Positions 1-10,306 of a DNA stretch of 64,000 nucleotides are shown in pieces (position 1 is the first letter of the stretch; each line of letters opens with the position of its first letter). Both the position numbers and the translations under genes were made by a program. The notes below the pieces were generated by a model, which was not told the origin of the DNA, did no database searches, and saw only the letters and a program-made list of their open reading frames with translations. The stretch is from an uncultured Magnetospirillum sp. (GTDB lineage: Bacteria > Pseudomonadota > Alphaproteobacteria > Rhodospirillales > Magnetospirillaceae): contig CAINTR010000204.1 of NCBI GenBank assembly GCA_903853455.1, forward strand, positions 2,339 to 66,338, given 5' to 3'.

Positions 1-675
1 CAGACGGCGCATCGCCTCGGCCATGTCGCGCAAGGGCAAGACTAGGCTGCGGAACAGCAACGCCCCCAGGCCAATGGTGATCAAGGTGGCAACCACGGCC
101 GAAGCGGCGGCGAATGTGATACTGCCGCTAAGGGCCGAGGTCAGGTTGCTGTCGGCGGCGGCAATTTCGCGCTGCAACTCGTGCCCCATCGCGCCGTAGC
201 TCTCGACAATGGCGGCTTCACCGGACTGCAGATCGGCAGCAAATTCGGGCAATTTCTCGAGGCTGGCATTGTCGACGAGGGCGCCCTCGATTCCCTTGCC
301 GCCCGCCAGCATCCTGTCGGCACTCTCCGCTGCCCTGACGTGCAGGGTGGCTCGGTCCGCTCCATCGGCGTGGCCCGCCGCCTCCTGGATCAATCGCTTC
401 AGTTCCTCGCCTGCCGCATGCATGGCGCGGAATTCGCGATCAATGTCTTTGGCGTCAGTGGCCGCCATTGCCTTGAGCGCGGCGAGTTGAACATCCTTGG
501 CTGCCTGCACCGCACCGCTGAGAATCTGCCCTTGGTGGCTGTTCTCACGCTGCAAGCGGGAGGCGCCATCCACCCGCGTCGCACTCCAATAATTGAACCC
601 TGCGATTGCCAGAAAAGCGCAGGTCATCAGCCCAACCAGGGCATAGAGCCGAGTCTTGATTGTTGCCTTTGTCAT
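1..675 (-). CDS. Methyl-accepting chemotaxis protein, N-terminal part (runs off window start)
   Basis: Manual translation from ATG at 675: MTKATIKTRLYALVGLMTCAFLAIAGFNYW (TM1), helical periplasmic region, second hydrophobic segment (ITFAAASAVVATLITIGLGALLF), then HAMP start SLVLPLRDMAEAMRRL. Open to base 1; not in the ORF track. A HAMP sensor kinase cannot be excluded. Confidence 0.75.
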   Translation of the reverse strand, partial: MTKATIKTRLYALVGLMTCAFLAIAGFNYWSATRVDGASRLQRENSHQGQILSGAVQAAKDVQLAALKAMAATDAKDIDREFRAMHAAGEELKRLIQEAAGHADGADRATLHVRAAESADRMLAGGKGIEGALVDNASLEKLPEFAADLQSGEAAIVESYGAMGHELQREIAAADSNLTSALSGSITFAAASAVVATLITIGLGALLFRSLVLPLRDMAEAMRRL

Positions 676-1321
676 TATCTGCAAACCCGAAAACAAAAAA
701 TTTGCCCGCACGCAGATCAGGGGGATCTCGCTTCCACCGCCACACACGTCCCTGCCGATAGTATTATCTCGTATGCTGGCCGGCGAGCAACCGTAACCGC
801 ACTTGGCGCGGGCGAGCGTTACGCAGTTCGCGTGGATGATCTGACCCCTGTGGCTCAACTCCAGCCCTTCGGACCATCGGCTGGTGCGTGCCAAGAGCAA
901 GCTCGGTCGATCACGGACCTTCTCTTCAACCCGTTACGGTGCTCGCTGGCGTGTTCCAACGCGTGCCCGCTATATGCGCCCCACCCCCAGTCACGCCGAC
1001 CCCAACCATCAACGCCCTGGCGAGCTTTCAGGCAAGTGCCGGGCTGACAGGCCCCCCCCCCGAGAGAGTGATCACCATCTCGGTGTGGCCCAATATTTTT
1101 CCAGGCTCAACATCATGATTGTTCGATGATGGTGGTGTGGATCTTATAGAGGCCGTTCAAGCCCCCAGGCGCTCTCTGGAAGGTGCCCTATAAGCCAGAA
1201 TCGGAAGCATCGCCGTGACGACGCAGGGTCGCTTTTCCCCGACCCAATACGGCGCTCGCTGGCGGGAGTTCTGACGCCCCACTAGTCCATTTACGCCCCT
1301 TTCAACTGATCAAAGCCTCCT

Positions 1322-1342
1322 TGTATATCCGCAGGATAAACA
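1322..1342. promoter_or_regulatory. Inverted repeat upstream of mazE, probable autoregulatory operator
   Basis: TGTATATCC-gca-GGATAAACA (1 mismatch) about 30 nt before the antitoxin start. Confidence 0.5.
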
Positions 1343-1372
1343 CTGCCCTATCTCCATAGCATGGAGGCATCA

Positions 1373-1615
1373 ATGCTGGGTCAAGTGGCGCGCTGGGGCA
1401 ACAGTCTGGGCATTCGCATTCCCAAGGACATCGCCTGTCAGGTTGGTCTGACCGAAGGTTCCAGGGTCGAGATCGAGGCGTCGGGGTCGCAGGTGGTGAT
1501 CTCGGTGGCGCGGCCACGCTATCGGCTTGCTGATCTGTTGGTGGGAATGACGCCAAAGGATGTGCATGAGTCCTTCGACTGGGGGGCCGATGTGGGTCGG
1601 GAGGCCGTCGAGTGA
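1373..1615 (+). CDS. mazE: AbrB/MazE-family antitoxin
   Basis: VARWGNSLGIRIP AbrB-fold signature; C-terminal FDWGADVGRE resembles the MazE tail; GGAGG RBS before ATG 1373. Confidence 0.9.
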   Translation: MLGQVARWGNSLGIRIPKDIACQVGLTEGSRVEIEASGSQVVISVARPRYRLADLLVGMTPKDVHESFDWGADVGREAVE

Positions 1616-1959
1616 TCGTGTCCTATGAGCCCGAGGCCGGGGACCTGATCTGGACCGATTTCGACCCCCGCACCGGGCGGGAGCAAGGCGGTCGACGCCC
1701 AGCCCTGGTGGTATCGCCGGTGGCGTTCTGGCGGGCCAGCGGCTTTGCCATCGTCTGCCCCATCACCTCGAAGATCCGTCCCTTTGGAACCAGCGTGGTG
1801 CTGCCGACCGGCCTGAAGCTGGGCGGTGAAATCCTGACCAGCCATGTGCGGAGCATCGAGACTCTGGCCCGCCCAATCCACCCGGTGGGCTAAGCCGTTC
1901 CGGGCTCCGTTCTGGACGAGGTTCGGGCCAAGCTAGCGGCACTGATCGGCCTGACCTGA
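1612..1959 (+). pseudogene. mazF: PemK/MazF-family toxin interrupted by in-frame TAA at 1891-1893
   Basis: GDLIWTDFDPRTGREQGGRRPALVVS and VCPITS motifs; after TAA the frame continues AVPGSVLDEVRAKLAALIGLT to TGA 1957-1959, matching the MazF C-terminal helix. Confidence 0.8.
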
Positions 1960-2045
1960 TCGCCGCTGTGCCGTGATCGTGCCTTGGTCGATCTGGATCA
2001 TGGGCAGGTCGGACACTGCCGTCCGTGCCGCGGGAAAAGGACAGC

Positions 2046-2957
2046 CTACGCCATCCCCGCCTTGACCCGGGGGTCGTAGCCGTGGCGCGGCCCCCACTTC
2101 TCCACCAGCTTCTTGAACTCGTCGTCGCGGTCGGGCAGCACCACCTTGAGGGTGACCAACTGGTCGCCACGGGTGCCGGTGGCGCCGGCGATGCCCTTGC
2201 CTTTGAGGCGCAGCACCGCGCCGCTGTTGGAGTCGGGCGGCACCGACAGCGACACCTTGCCGTCGATGGTGGGCACGGTGACCTTGCCGCCCAGCACCGC
2301 CTCCTGCACCGAGATGGGCAGGTCCACCAGGATGTCCAGGTCGCGCCGGGTGAAGAAGGGGTGGCTCTCCACCTTGAGGTCGATGAAGGCGTCGCCGGCA
2401 TCGCCGTCGCCGGCGTTGCCCTGGCCCTTGAGGCGCAGGGCCTGGCCGTCGATGGTGCCGGGGGGAATGCGGACCTCGACGGTGCGCCCGGAAATCAGGG
2501 TCACCCGCTTGGTGGCGCCCACCGCCGCCTCGACGAAGGGCACCGTCAGCGAATGGCGGATGTCGGCGCCCCGGAACGGCTTGCCGGCGGTCTGGGCGCG
2601 GCCGCGCTCCTTGCGCCGCAGCAGCTCCGCCAGGATGTCGTCCACATTGTCGCCGAACGGCGAGCCGGTGCCCCGACGACCGCCCCCACCGGGGCCGGCC
2701 CCCTGGGACCGCCACGGACCGCCGCGGCGCTTGGCGGCGCCGGTGGCGTCGATCTCGCCGGAATCGAACTGGGCCCGCTTGGCCGGGTCGGACAGGAAGT
2801 CGTAGGCGGCCGAGATGTCCTTGAAGCGATCCTCCGCCCGCTTGTCGCCGGGATTGAGGTCGGGGTGCAGCTCGCGGGCCAGCTTGTGATAGGCCTTCTT
2901 GATATCCTCGTCGGACGTGGTTCTCGCCACGCCCAAGACTTGATAGGGATCCTTCAC
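2046..2957 (-). CDS. DnaJ-class (CbpA-like) co-chaperone
   Basis: J-domain KDPYQVLGV...LHPD, G-rich linker, C-terminal DnaJ domains, no Cys-rich Zn finger. Confidence 0.9.
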   Translation of the reverse strand: MKDPYQVLGVARTTSDEDIKKAYHKLARELHPDLNPGDKRAEDRFKDISAAYDFLSDPAKRAQFDSGEIDATGAAKRRGGPWRSQGAGPGGGGRRGTGSPFGDNVDDILAELLRRKERGRAQTAGKPFRGADIRHSLTVPFVEAAVGATKRVTLISGRTVEVRIPPGTIDGQALRLKGQGNAGDGDAGDAFIDLKVESHPFFTRRDLDILVDLPISVQEAVLGGKVTVPTIDGKVSLSVPPDSNSGAVLRLKGKGIAGATGTRGDQLVTLKVVLPDRDDEFKKLVEKWGPRHGYDPRVKAGMA

Positions 2958-3213
2958 CGTGTCCGCTTTCCCGTTAATTTCTCATGACGGCGGTCATGGT
3001 ACGGAAAGTCGGAGAACTTAACCAGCCCTGCCTATTCCCCCCCCCTCTGCCTATCTCAGCGCCGTCCAACTGCCGTCGGGCTGGCGGCAGGCGAGCTTGG
3101 ACGTGACGGAGCGCATGGGGGACTCGCACGAATGAGAGGGGGAACGCCTATACACCTGGGCTCGAATTGAGGCATTTTTACGTTAGAGTCAAAATGCAAA
3201 GGATTGGTGAACG

Positions 3214-3801
3214 ATGTCCGCAGCCCAAGCCGATCCCCTGGCGTTGTTTCATGACTGGATGGCCGAGGCGGAGACGCACGAGACCAACGATCCCAACGCC
3301 ATGGCGCTGGCCACCGTCGACGTCGCCGGGCGGCCCAGCCTGCGCATGGTGCTGCTGAAGGCGGCCGACGCGTCCGGCTTTACCTTCTACACCAACCTGG
3401 AAAGCCGCAAGGGGTGCGAACTGGCGGGCAATCCCTTCGCGGCGCTGTGCTTCCACTGGAAAAGCCTGCGCCGCCAGATCCGGGTGGAGGGCCGCACCGA
3501 GCCGGTGGACGCGGCCGAGGCCGACGCCTATTTCGCCAGCCGGGCGCGGGCCAGCCAGATCGGCGCCTGGGCGTCGGCGCAGTCGCGGCCGCTGAGCGGG
3601 CGATTCGAGCTGGAAAAGCGGGTGGGCGAGTTCGCCGCCAAGTTCGGTCTGGGCAAGGTGCCGCGGCCGCCGCACTGGTCGGGGTTCCGGCTGGTGCCGG
3701 ACCGCATCGAGTTCTGGCATGACCGCCCCTTCCGGCTGCATGATCGGTTCGTCTATACCCAGGACAACGGCATTTGGCGGCTGGAGCACCTCTATCCATG
3801 A
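3214..3801 (+). CDS. pdxH: Pyridoxamine 5'-phosphate oxidase
   Basis: [37 protein letters not shown] motifs. Confidence 0.95.
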   Translation: MSAAQADPLALFHDWMAEAETHETNDPNAMALATVDVAGRPSLRMVLLKAADASGFTFYTNLESRKGCELAGNPFAALCFHWKSLRRQIRVEGRTEPVDAAEADAYFASRARASQIGAWASAQSRPLSGRFELEKRVGEFAAKFGLGKVPRPPHWSGFRLVPDRIEFWHDRPFRLHDRFVYTQDNGIWRLEHLYP

Positions 3802-3811
3802 TCCCCGGGCC

Positions 3812-4720
3812 ATGACCAAGATCGACGATCCCAGCCACGGACGCCTGATGCGGTTGGCCACCTATGCCGCCACCGCCACCGCCGCCGTGCTGATCGCGGT
3901 CAAGCTGGCGGCCTGGATGGCGACCGGGTCCATGGCGCTGCTGTCGACCCTGATCGATTCGACGCTGGATCTGGCCGCCTCGGCCCTCAACCTGATGGCG
4001 GTGCACCATGCCTTGCAGCCGGCCGACGCCGAGCATCGCTTCGGCCATGGCAAGGCCGAGGCGCTGGCCGGGCTGGGGCAGGCGGCGTTCATCACCGGAT
4101 CGGGCGGGTTCCTGCTGATCGAGGCCGGCGGACGCCTGGTGCGTCCCGAGCCCATCGCCCATGGCGAATGGGGCATCGGGGTGATGGTGTTCTCCATCCT
4201 GGCCACCGTCGCCCTGGTGGCGTTCCAGCGCCACGTCATCGCCAGGACCGGGTCCATGGCCATCTCCGCCGATTCGCTGCACTATGCCGGCGACGTCATG
4301 ATCAATCTCAGCGTCATCGTCTCGCTGCTGCTGGCCATGGGGCCGGGATGGACGGCGGCCGATCCGCTGTTCGCCATCGCCATCGCCGGCTGGCTGGTGG
4401 TCAACGCGTGGCGGATCATGCGGGGCTCCCTCGATACCCTGATGGACCACGAATTGCCCGAGGCCGAGCGCGAGCGCATCCGCGCCATCGCCCGCGCCCA
4501 TCCCGAGGTGCTGAGTCATCACGACCTGCGGACCCGGACCTCGGGCCGGCAGGGGTTCATCCAGCTTCACCTGGAGCTGCCGGCCGAGTTGCCCCTGGTC
4601 CAGGCCCACCGCATCGCCGACGATGTGGAAAACGCCATCCGCGCCGAATTTCCCCGCTTCGAGGTGATCATCCACGAAGACCCGGCGGGCGTTCGCGAGG
4701 ACCACCCCAGCTTCGGCTAG
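3812..4720 (+). CDS. fieF: Cation diffusion facilitator (FieF/YiiP-like)
   Basis: DSTLD, EHRFGHGKAEALA, ADSLHYAGD, HDLRTR, IQLHLE motifs. Confidence 0.85.
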   Translation: MTKIDDPSHGRLMRLATYAATATAAVLIAVKLAAWMATGSMALLSTLIDSTLDLAASALNLMAVHHALQPADAEHRFGHGKAEALAGLGQAAFITGSGGFLLIEAGGRLVRPEPIAHGEWGIGVMVFSILATVALVAFQRHVIARTGSMAISADSLHYAGDVMINLSVIVSLLLAMGPGWTAADPLFAIAIAGWLVVNAWRIMRGSLDTLMDHELPEAERERIRAIARAHPEVLSHHDLRTRTSGRQGFIQLHLELPAELPLVQAHRIADDVENAIRAEFPRFEVIIHEDPAGVREDHPSFG

Positions 4721-4755
4721 GCGACCACGGAAAATGCTTCGCGCCCCCTTCTTGT

Positions 4756-4838
4756 CGTCACTCCCGCGAAAGCGGGAGTCCATGCCCGAGCGTACGGTCT
4801 TCGCTGAGATATGGATTCCCGCTTTCGCGGGAATGACG
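4756..4838. repeat. Inverted pair of CGTC-tagged REP-like palindromes
   Basis: CGTCACTCCCGCGAAAGCGGGAGTCCA ... TGGATTCCCGCTTTCGCGGGAATGACG between convergent genes. Confidence 0.85.
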
Positions 4839-4873
4839 ATCGGGTCTGGGCGTTTTCCAGCCTGCCGCCGGTT

Positions 4874-5335
4874 CTATTCCGCCAGATGGCTCGGAATCGT
4901 TCCCAGCGCCTTGGCCAGTTGGTGGACCCGTTTGCGGACTTCCGGGTCGTTGATGCGGTAATAGGCTCGGACCAGATCCAGGGTCTCGCGGTTGCCCATC
5001 ATGTCGGGCTGGCGCAACTCCGGCTCCTGGATGGCGCGGACCATGTGACGGGGGCTGGCCGCCACCACGTCCTCGCCGATCTCCTCATAAAAGTAATCGA
5101 TCCCGACGCCCAAGGCCCGGGCCAGATCGAAAAGACGGCTGGCGCCGATGCGGTTGGCGCCGCGTTCGTATTTCTGGACCTGCTGGAAGGTGAGCCCCAG
5201 GGCGGCGCCCAAGGCCTCTTGGCTCATCCCGAGCAGTGAACGGCGCATTCGCAGGCGAGCCCCGACATAGACGTCGATGGGGTTGGGTTGCCCAGAAGGG
5301 GTGCGGCCGCGACTTGACTGGCGAGTAGCTGGCAT
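4874..5335 (-). CDS. XRE-family HTH regulator (PraR/PhrR-like)
   Basis: NPIDVYVGARLRMRR...SQEALG..LGLTFQQVQKYERGANRIGASRL, the conserved alphaproteobacterial XRE signature. Confidence 0.9.
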   Translation of the reverse strand: MPATRQSSRGRTPSGQPNPIDVYVGARLRMRRSLLGMSQEALGAALGLTFQQVQKYERGANRIGASRLFDLARALGVGIDYFYEEIGEDVVAASPRHMVRAIQEPELRQPDMMGNRETLDLVRAYYRINDPEVRKRVHQLAKALGTIPSHLAE

Positions 5336-5490
5336 GGTTCGTATCCGCTCAAGTTGTAACAGCCCCATTTTTGCAAGTCTGAGAGTGCCGCGCAAGTAGT
5401 AATCTCAATGTTGCAGCAACTCTACTGCCCAGCGAATTTATATTTTCTCCTTTTAAGAGTCTTATTTGATTACCTTTAGGAGAAGACAAA

Positions 5491-5521
5491 AACACCCCCG
5501 GAGCGGAGCTCCGGGGGTGTT
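5491..5521 (-). terminator. Rho-independent terminator downstream of ndk
   Basis: AACACCCCCGGAGC-gga-GCTCCGGGGGTGTT hairpin followed by a U-tract on the minus strand. Confidence 0.75.
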
Positions 5522-5571
5522 GTCGAACCCGATGGTGACGATTGCTATCGACGAGCCACGCTCGTCTCATG

Positions 5572-5602
5572 GCCCTCAGGCGCCGGGTGCTTGGCGCTTG
5601 GC
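5572..5602 (+). repeat. Truncated copy of the CCCTCA-CGCCGGG structured repeat family
   Basis: GCCCTCAGGCGCCGGG identical to the start of the 29011 copy; abuts the ndk stop. Confidence 0.55.
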
Positions 5603-6025
5603 TTAGCCGGCGATCTCGCAGCCCGAGAAGAAGAAGGCGATCTCGGTGGCGGCATTCTCGGCCGAGTCGGAACCGTGCACCGAATTGGCTTCCACCGACT
5701 CGGCGAAGTCGGCGCGGATCGTGCCGGGGGCGGCGTTGGCCGGGTTGGTGGCGCCCATGATCTCGCGATTGCGGGCGACGGCGCCTTCACCTTCGAGAAC
5801 CTGGACCACGACCGGGCCGGAGATCATGAAGGCGACCAGCTCGCCAAAGAACGACCGCTCGGCATGGACCGAGTAAAACTGGCCGGCCTGTTCCTTGGTG
5901 AGGCGGACGCGCTTCTGGGCGACGATGCGCAGGCCGGCTTCTTCGAAGCGGGCGTTGATCTTGCCGGTGAGGTTGCGCCGGGTGGCGTCCGGCTTGATGA
6001 TCGAGAGGGTACGTTCGATGGCCAT
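5603..6025 (-). CDS. ndk: Nucleoside diphosphate kinase
   Basis: [24 protein letters not shown] active site; 140 aa. Confidence 0.97.
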   Translation of the reverse strand: MAIERTLSIIKPDATRRNLTGKINARFEEAGLRIVAQKRVRLTKEQAGQFYSVHAERSFFGELVAFMISGPVVVQVLEGEGAVARNREIMGATNPANAAPGTIRADFAESVEANSVHGSDSAENAATEIAFFFSGCEIAG

Positions 6026-6228
6026 TCGTGAAATTCCTTTCGGCGGTTGCTCGCGCCGCAGGGGTGCCCGGAGGAAAAGTGCTGCTCCGAAGCAAGCGGC
6101 TGCGTTCACCCTCGGCGGCCGGCGCGCGAGGGACGGCGGGTTATAACGCCAACCGCCCGCGAGAGCAACGGGGTGTTTGTGGTCGCACCGGACTGGCATG
6201 CTCCAAGTCGGCGTGCTATTGACCCGGC

Positions 6229-8121
6229 ATGCTTCATATCAACGACCTCACCTTCCGTTACGGTGGCCGCGTCCTGTTCGACCACGCCACCGTCCACATC
6301 TCCGCCGGCCAACGGGTCGGTCTGGTTGGGCGCAACGGCACCGGCAAGACCACCTTGTTCAAGCTGATGCTGGGCGAACTTCACCCCGATGGCGGCGAGA
6401 TCAACCTGCGCGCCCGCGCCCGGCTGGGCCGGCTGGCCCAGGAGGCGCCGGAGGGCGACACCAGCCTGATCGACTGCGTGCTGGCCGCCGACACCGAGCG
6501 CACCGCCCTGTTCGAGGAGGCGGAGACCTCCGCCGACGGCCATCGCATCGCCGAGATCCACGAGCGGCTGCTGGCCATCGACGCCCATACCGCGCCGTCG
6601 CGGGCGGCGGCGATCCTGTCCGGCCTGGGGTTCAACGCCGAGGCGCAAGCCCAGTCGGTGTCGGACTTTTCCGGCGGCTGGCGCATGCGCGTCGCCCTGG
6701 CGGCGGCGCTGTTCGCCTCGCCCGACCTGCTGCTGCTGGACGAGCCCACCAACCACCTGGACCTGGAAGCCACCTTGTGGCTGCAGGCCCATCTCGCCGT
6801 CTATCCCGGCACCCTGGTGGTGATCAGCCATGACCGCGAACTGCTGAACGAGGTCGCCGACCGCATCGTCCACATCGAGGCCGGCAAGCTGAACGCCTAT
6901 GGCGGCAATTACGACCGCTTCGAGGCCACGCGGCGCGCCCGCATGGAATTGCAGGGCAAGGCCTTCACCAAGCAGATGGAGCAGCGCAAGAAGATCCAGT
7001 CCTTCATCGACCGCTTCAAGGCCAAGGCCACCAAGGCCGCCCAGGCCCAAAGCCGGGTCAAGATGCTGGAGCGCATGGAGATGGTGGTGCCGGTGGTCGA
7101 GGACCGGGCCATGTCGTTCGACTTCCCCGATCCCGAGGAGTTGAGTCCGCCCATCATCGCCATCGACCACGGCGTCGCCGGCTATGGCGACAAGGTGGTG
7201 CTGCGCGGCCTCGACATCCGCATCACCATGGACGACCGCATCGCCCTGCTGGGCGCCAACGGCAACGGCAAGTCGACCCTGGCCAAGATCCTGTCGGGCC
7301 GGCTGGACCTGCTGGACGGCCAGTTCCGCAAGCCGTCCAAGCTGAAGATCGGCTACTTCGCCCAGCACCAGACCGAGGAACTGCGCCTGGACGAGACGCC
7401 GTTCGAGCACATGGCCATGCTGATGAAAGGGCTGCCCGAGGCCAAGGTCCGGGCCCAGCTCGGCCGCTTCGGCTTCGAGCAGGAGCGCGCCAACGTCAAG
7501 GTCTCCAGCCTGTCGGGCGGCGAGAAGTCGCGGCTGCTGTTCGCCCTGATGAGCCGCGAGGCGCCGCATCTGATGATCCTGGACGAACCGACCAACCATC
7601 TGGACATCGACGCCCGCGAGGCCCTGGTGGCGGCGCTCAACGCCTATGACGGGGCGGTGATCCTGATCAGCCACGATCCCCACCTGATCGAGATGACCGC
7701 CGACAATCTGTGGCTGGTGGGCGATGGTTGCGTCAAGCCGTTCGACGGCGACCTGGCCGCCTATCGCCGGCTGCTGCTGGATCTGGCCCGTGAATCCCGG
7801 CGCAGCGCCAAGCGGGATTCCTCCGTGGAGAAAAGCGGCGACGCCGCCACCCGCAAGGCCGAACGCAAGGCGGCGGCTGGGGCCCGCGCCCAGTTGGCGC
7901 CGTTGCGCAAGGTGGCCCAGACCGCCGAGAAGGCGCTGGCCGACCTGAATCGCAAGCAGGCCGAGTTGGAGCCGCGTCTGGCCGATCCCGCCCTGTATCA
8001 GGGGCCACCGGCCAAGCTGACCGAGTTGCGCCGTCAGGAAGCCGAACTGGCCCGTCAGGTGGCGGAGGCCGAGGCGATCTGGCTGGAGGCGGCCGAGGCG
8101 CTGGAAAAGGCCCAGGCCTGA
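6229..8121 (+). CDS. ABC-F family ATPase (YheS/Uup-like ribosome-associated factor)
   Basis: Two ABC cassettes ([20 protein letters not shown]; [21 protein letters not shown]), no TM segments, C-terminal coiled coil. Confidence 0.92.
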   Translation: MLHINDLTFRYGGRVLFDHATVHISAGQRVGLVGRNGTGKTTLFKLMLGELHPDGGEINLRARARLGRLAQEAPEGDTSLIDCVLAADTERTALFEEAETSADGHRIAEIHERLLAIDAHTAPSRAAAILSGLGFNAEAQAQSVSDFSGGWRMRVALAAALFASPDLLLLDEPTNHLDLEATLWLQAHLAVYPGTLVVISHDRELLNEVADRIVHIEAGKLNAYGGNYDRFEATRRARMELQGKAFTKQMEQRKKIQSFIDRFKAKATKAAQAQSRVKMLERMEMVVPVVEDRAMSFDFPDPEELSPPIIAIDHGVAGYGDKVVLRGLDIRITMDDRIALLGANGNGKSTLAKILSGRLDLLDGQFRKPSKLKIGYFAQHQTEELRLDETPFEHMAMLMKGLPEAKVRAQLGRFGFEQERANVKVSSLSGGEKSRLLFALMSREAPHLMILDEPTNHLDIDAREALVAALNAYDGAVILISHDPHLIEMTADNLWLVGDGCVKPFDGDLAAYRRLLLDLARESRRSAKRDSSVEKSGDAATRKAERKAAAGARAQLAPLRKVAQTAEKALADLNRKQAELEPRLADPALYQGPPAKLTELRRQEAELARQVAEAEAIWLEAAEALEKAQA

Positions 8122-8191
8122 TCCTTCGCTTTCCCATTACAGGACGAAGGTATAGGCTGAACTCGCCAGCACTACTCATGAGCCGCACCGG

Positions 8192-9919
8192 GTGAGCGAG
8201 TCCACAGCTATTCGATTGACCCTTCCTTCCGCCCGGCCGGCCCGTCCGCCCGATCTGGTTCGCCGTGTCCTGGCGCTCATGGTCGGATGGGTGCTGCTGC
8301 TGGTGATCGGCGGCTCGCTGGCGTTCCTGCTCCATTTGCAAGACAAGGCGGTGGAGGCGGCGGCGGCCAATACGCAGGCGGTGGCGCGTCTGCTCGACGA
8401 GCATATCTCCCGGACCCTGACCACGACCAACGGGATCCTCATGCGCGCCGTGCGGGTGGCGCAGGTGCGGCTGCGCGGGCGGATCTCCACCGCCGAGGAA
8501 CTGCAAGAGCTTCTGGTTCTCCAAAGCTTGCTGACCGAGCCGGGGGCACTGCTGGTGACCGATGCCGCCGGAATCGTGATCGTCGCTGGTTTGCCGCCCG
8601 ACGGCAGGGTCGATCTCGGTGACCGGTCGTGGTTCCAGGCGCTGGCCGCCGGGCAGGAGATGGTGGTCGGGCCGCTGATTCAGGGCCGCTACAAAAGCAG
8701 GCTGGTGTTCACCATCGCCCGGCGCATCGTCGATGACGACGGCCGTTTCGCCGGCGCCGTCGTCGCCGGCCTCAACGCCGAATTCTTCACCAATTTCCAG
8801 AAGAGTCTGGTTCTGGGGCCGCGCGGCTATACCGCCGCCGATATCGACGGCATGGTGATGCTCCGCCAACCCCACCCCGAGGCCTATGTGGGCATTTCGG
8901 TTCTGGGTGGCAAGGTGGCCGCCGCCGCCGCGACCGACCCGACCGGGACGCTGCGCACCACGTCGCCGCTGGACGGGGTCGACCGCATGGTTTCGTATCG
9001 CACCGTGGCCGAGTTCGGGGCGGTGGTCAGTGCTGGCATGGCCATGGACGACGTCCTGGAGCCCTGGCGCCAGACCGCCCTGTTGGTTCTCGGCGCGGTG
9101 GTGGTGGTGACCTTGGCCCTGATCGGGTTGGCGCTGCTGGCCTTTCGCGGCCTCGCCCGCGAGGAGGCCTTCACGGCGGGGCTGGAGGCCGTGGTGCACG
9201 AGCGGACCGAGGAGGCCGAGCATCGCGCCGAGGAGGCCCGCCTCGCCAATGAGAGCAAGACCCGCTTTCTCGCCGCCGCCAGCCACGACCTGCGCCAGCC
9301 GCTCCAGGCCGCCGGCATGTTCACCGAAGTGCTGGCGACGCGGGTCACCGAGCCCGGTCAGGTCCAGGTGGTGGAAAAGCTGCGCCAGAGCATCGAGGCC
9401 ACCAATTCGCTGCTGACCACCCTGCTCGACGTTTCGGCGCTGGAAGCCGGCAAGATCAAACCCAATTTCGCCAGTTTCCAGCTGATGCCGCTGCTGGCCG
9501 GGCTGGTGGACCAGATGGAACCCGAGGCTTCGGCGCGCGGCCTGTCCATCGGCGTGGTGCCCACCTCCGCCGTGGTGTCCAGCGACCCGGTGCTGTTGGA
9601 GCGGCTGCTGCGCAACCTGCTGGTCAACGCCGTGCGCCATACCGAAACCGGCGGCATCCTGGTGGGGTGCCGCTATCGCGGCGCCAACGTGGCGATCCAG
9701 GTTTGGGACACCGGAATCGGCATTCCCCCCGACAAGATCCAGGCGGTGTTCGAGGACTTCGTCCGCCTGGACGGCCCATCGGATCGGCGGGGCGGGCGCG
9801 GCCTCGGCCTCGGCCTGGGCGTGGTCCGGCGCATGGCCATCCTGCTGGGGCACACACTGGAACTGCGCTCGATCCCCGGCAAAGGCTCGTGCTTCGGGGT
9901 GGTGGTCGGCCGGGGATAG
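8192..9919 (+). CDS. Membrane sensor histidine kinase (Cache/PDC-like sensor, HisKA, HATPase)
   Basis: Two TM segments, H-box ASHDLRQPL, N-box RNLLVNA, DTGIGI, GLGLGL; GTG start is approximate. Confidence 0.9.
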   Translation: MSESTAIRLTLPSARPARPPDLVRRVLALMVGWVLLLVIGGSLAFLLHLQDKAVEAAAANTQAVARLLDEHISRTLTTTNGILMRAVRVAQVRLRGRISTAEELQELLVLQSLLTEPGALLVTDAAGIVIVAGLPPDGRVDLGDRSWFQALAAGQEMVVGPLIQGRYKSRLVFTIARRIVDDDGRFAGAVVAGLNAEFFTNFQKSLVLGPRGYTAADIDGMVMLRQPHPEAYVGISVLGGKVAAAAATDPTGTLRTTSPLDGVDRMVSYRTVAEFGAVVSAGMAMDDVLEPWRQTALLVLGAVVVVTLALIGLALLAFRGLAREEAFTAGLEAVVHERTEEAEHRAEEARLANESKTRFLAAASHDLRQPLQAAGMFTEVLATRVTEPGQVQVVEKLRQSIEATNSLLTTLLDVSALEAGKIKPNFASFQLMPLLAGLVDQMEPEASARGLSIGVVPTSAVVSSDPVLLERLLRNLLVNAVRHTETGGILVGCRYRGANVAIQVWDTGIGIPPDKIQAVFEDFVRLDGPSDRRGGRGLGLGLGVVRRMAILLGHTLELRSIPGKGSCFGVVVGRG

Positions 9920-9928
9920 CGCGGGACG

Positions 9929-10150
9929 TCAGGCGAAGGCCGCGGCGGAACCGGTGTCGGATGCCGGGATCGGAACGAACTGGGACCGCAGGCGGGCCTT
10001 CTTGTCCATTTGGGCCAGAAGCCAGGGGACGAAGCCGCCGCTGCCGCTCTCCCGATAGGCCAGCCTGACCCTGGTGCGGACGCGGCCCATATCATGGTTG
10101 GGCAACAGGATTTCGGCCACATGCCGGTTTTTGGCGACCAGGGCCTCCAC
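9929..10150 (-). CDS. Hypothetical protein (true start uncertain)
   Basis: Frame is open to 10234 (SPDLPPPADSEFAIHCSARLGRNVDDAEVEALV...) with protein-like composition, but no ATG upstream of GTG 10150. Confidence 0.4.
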   Translation of the reverse strand: MEALVAKNRHVAEILLPNHDMGRVRTRVRLAYRESGSGGFVPWLLAQMDKKARLRSQFVPIPASDTGSAAAFA

Positions 10151-10306
10151 CTCGGCGTCATCGACGTTGCGGCCGAGCCGCGCCGAGCAGTGGATGGCGA
10201 ATTCGCTGTCGGCGGGGGGCGGGAGATCGGGCGATCACTGATGAGGGGAGGATAGCAAAACTATACGAATGGTCAATTGCTTATACGTAAGTATAGGTGC
10301 GGATAT

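Noticed and set aside
676-720. c-di-GMP riboswitch upstream of the MCP gene (GCAAACCCGAAA)
   Set aside because: The motif is on the wrong strand and the second GEMM stem is missing.
700-1320. Gene-free stretch with ORFs 181..1047, 884..1129 and 888..1118 and a C10 run (1052-1061); possible IS remnant
   Set aside because: 181..1047 is largely the antisense shadow of the MCP gene. I found no terminal inverted repeats or DDE motif, and the faint resemblance of LAGVFQRVPAICAPPP to transposase tails is too weak without a search.
3060-3130. Hairpin-rich region between cbpA and pdxH as an ncRNA
   Set aside because: Only one modest stem (CTGCCG/CGGCAG), with no clear promoter-terminator pair.
3812-4720. 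CDF transporter as magnetosome MamB/MamM
   Set aside because: Motifs and context (pdxH neighbour, no mam genes) fit housekeeping FieF.
9929-10240. Phase-variable frameshift at the G6 run (10214-10219) joining GTG 10238 to the hypothetical ORF
   Set aside because: The run is short, there is no RBS, and there is no homology evidence for the true start.
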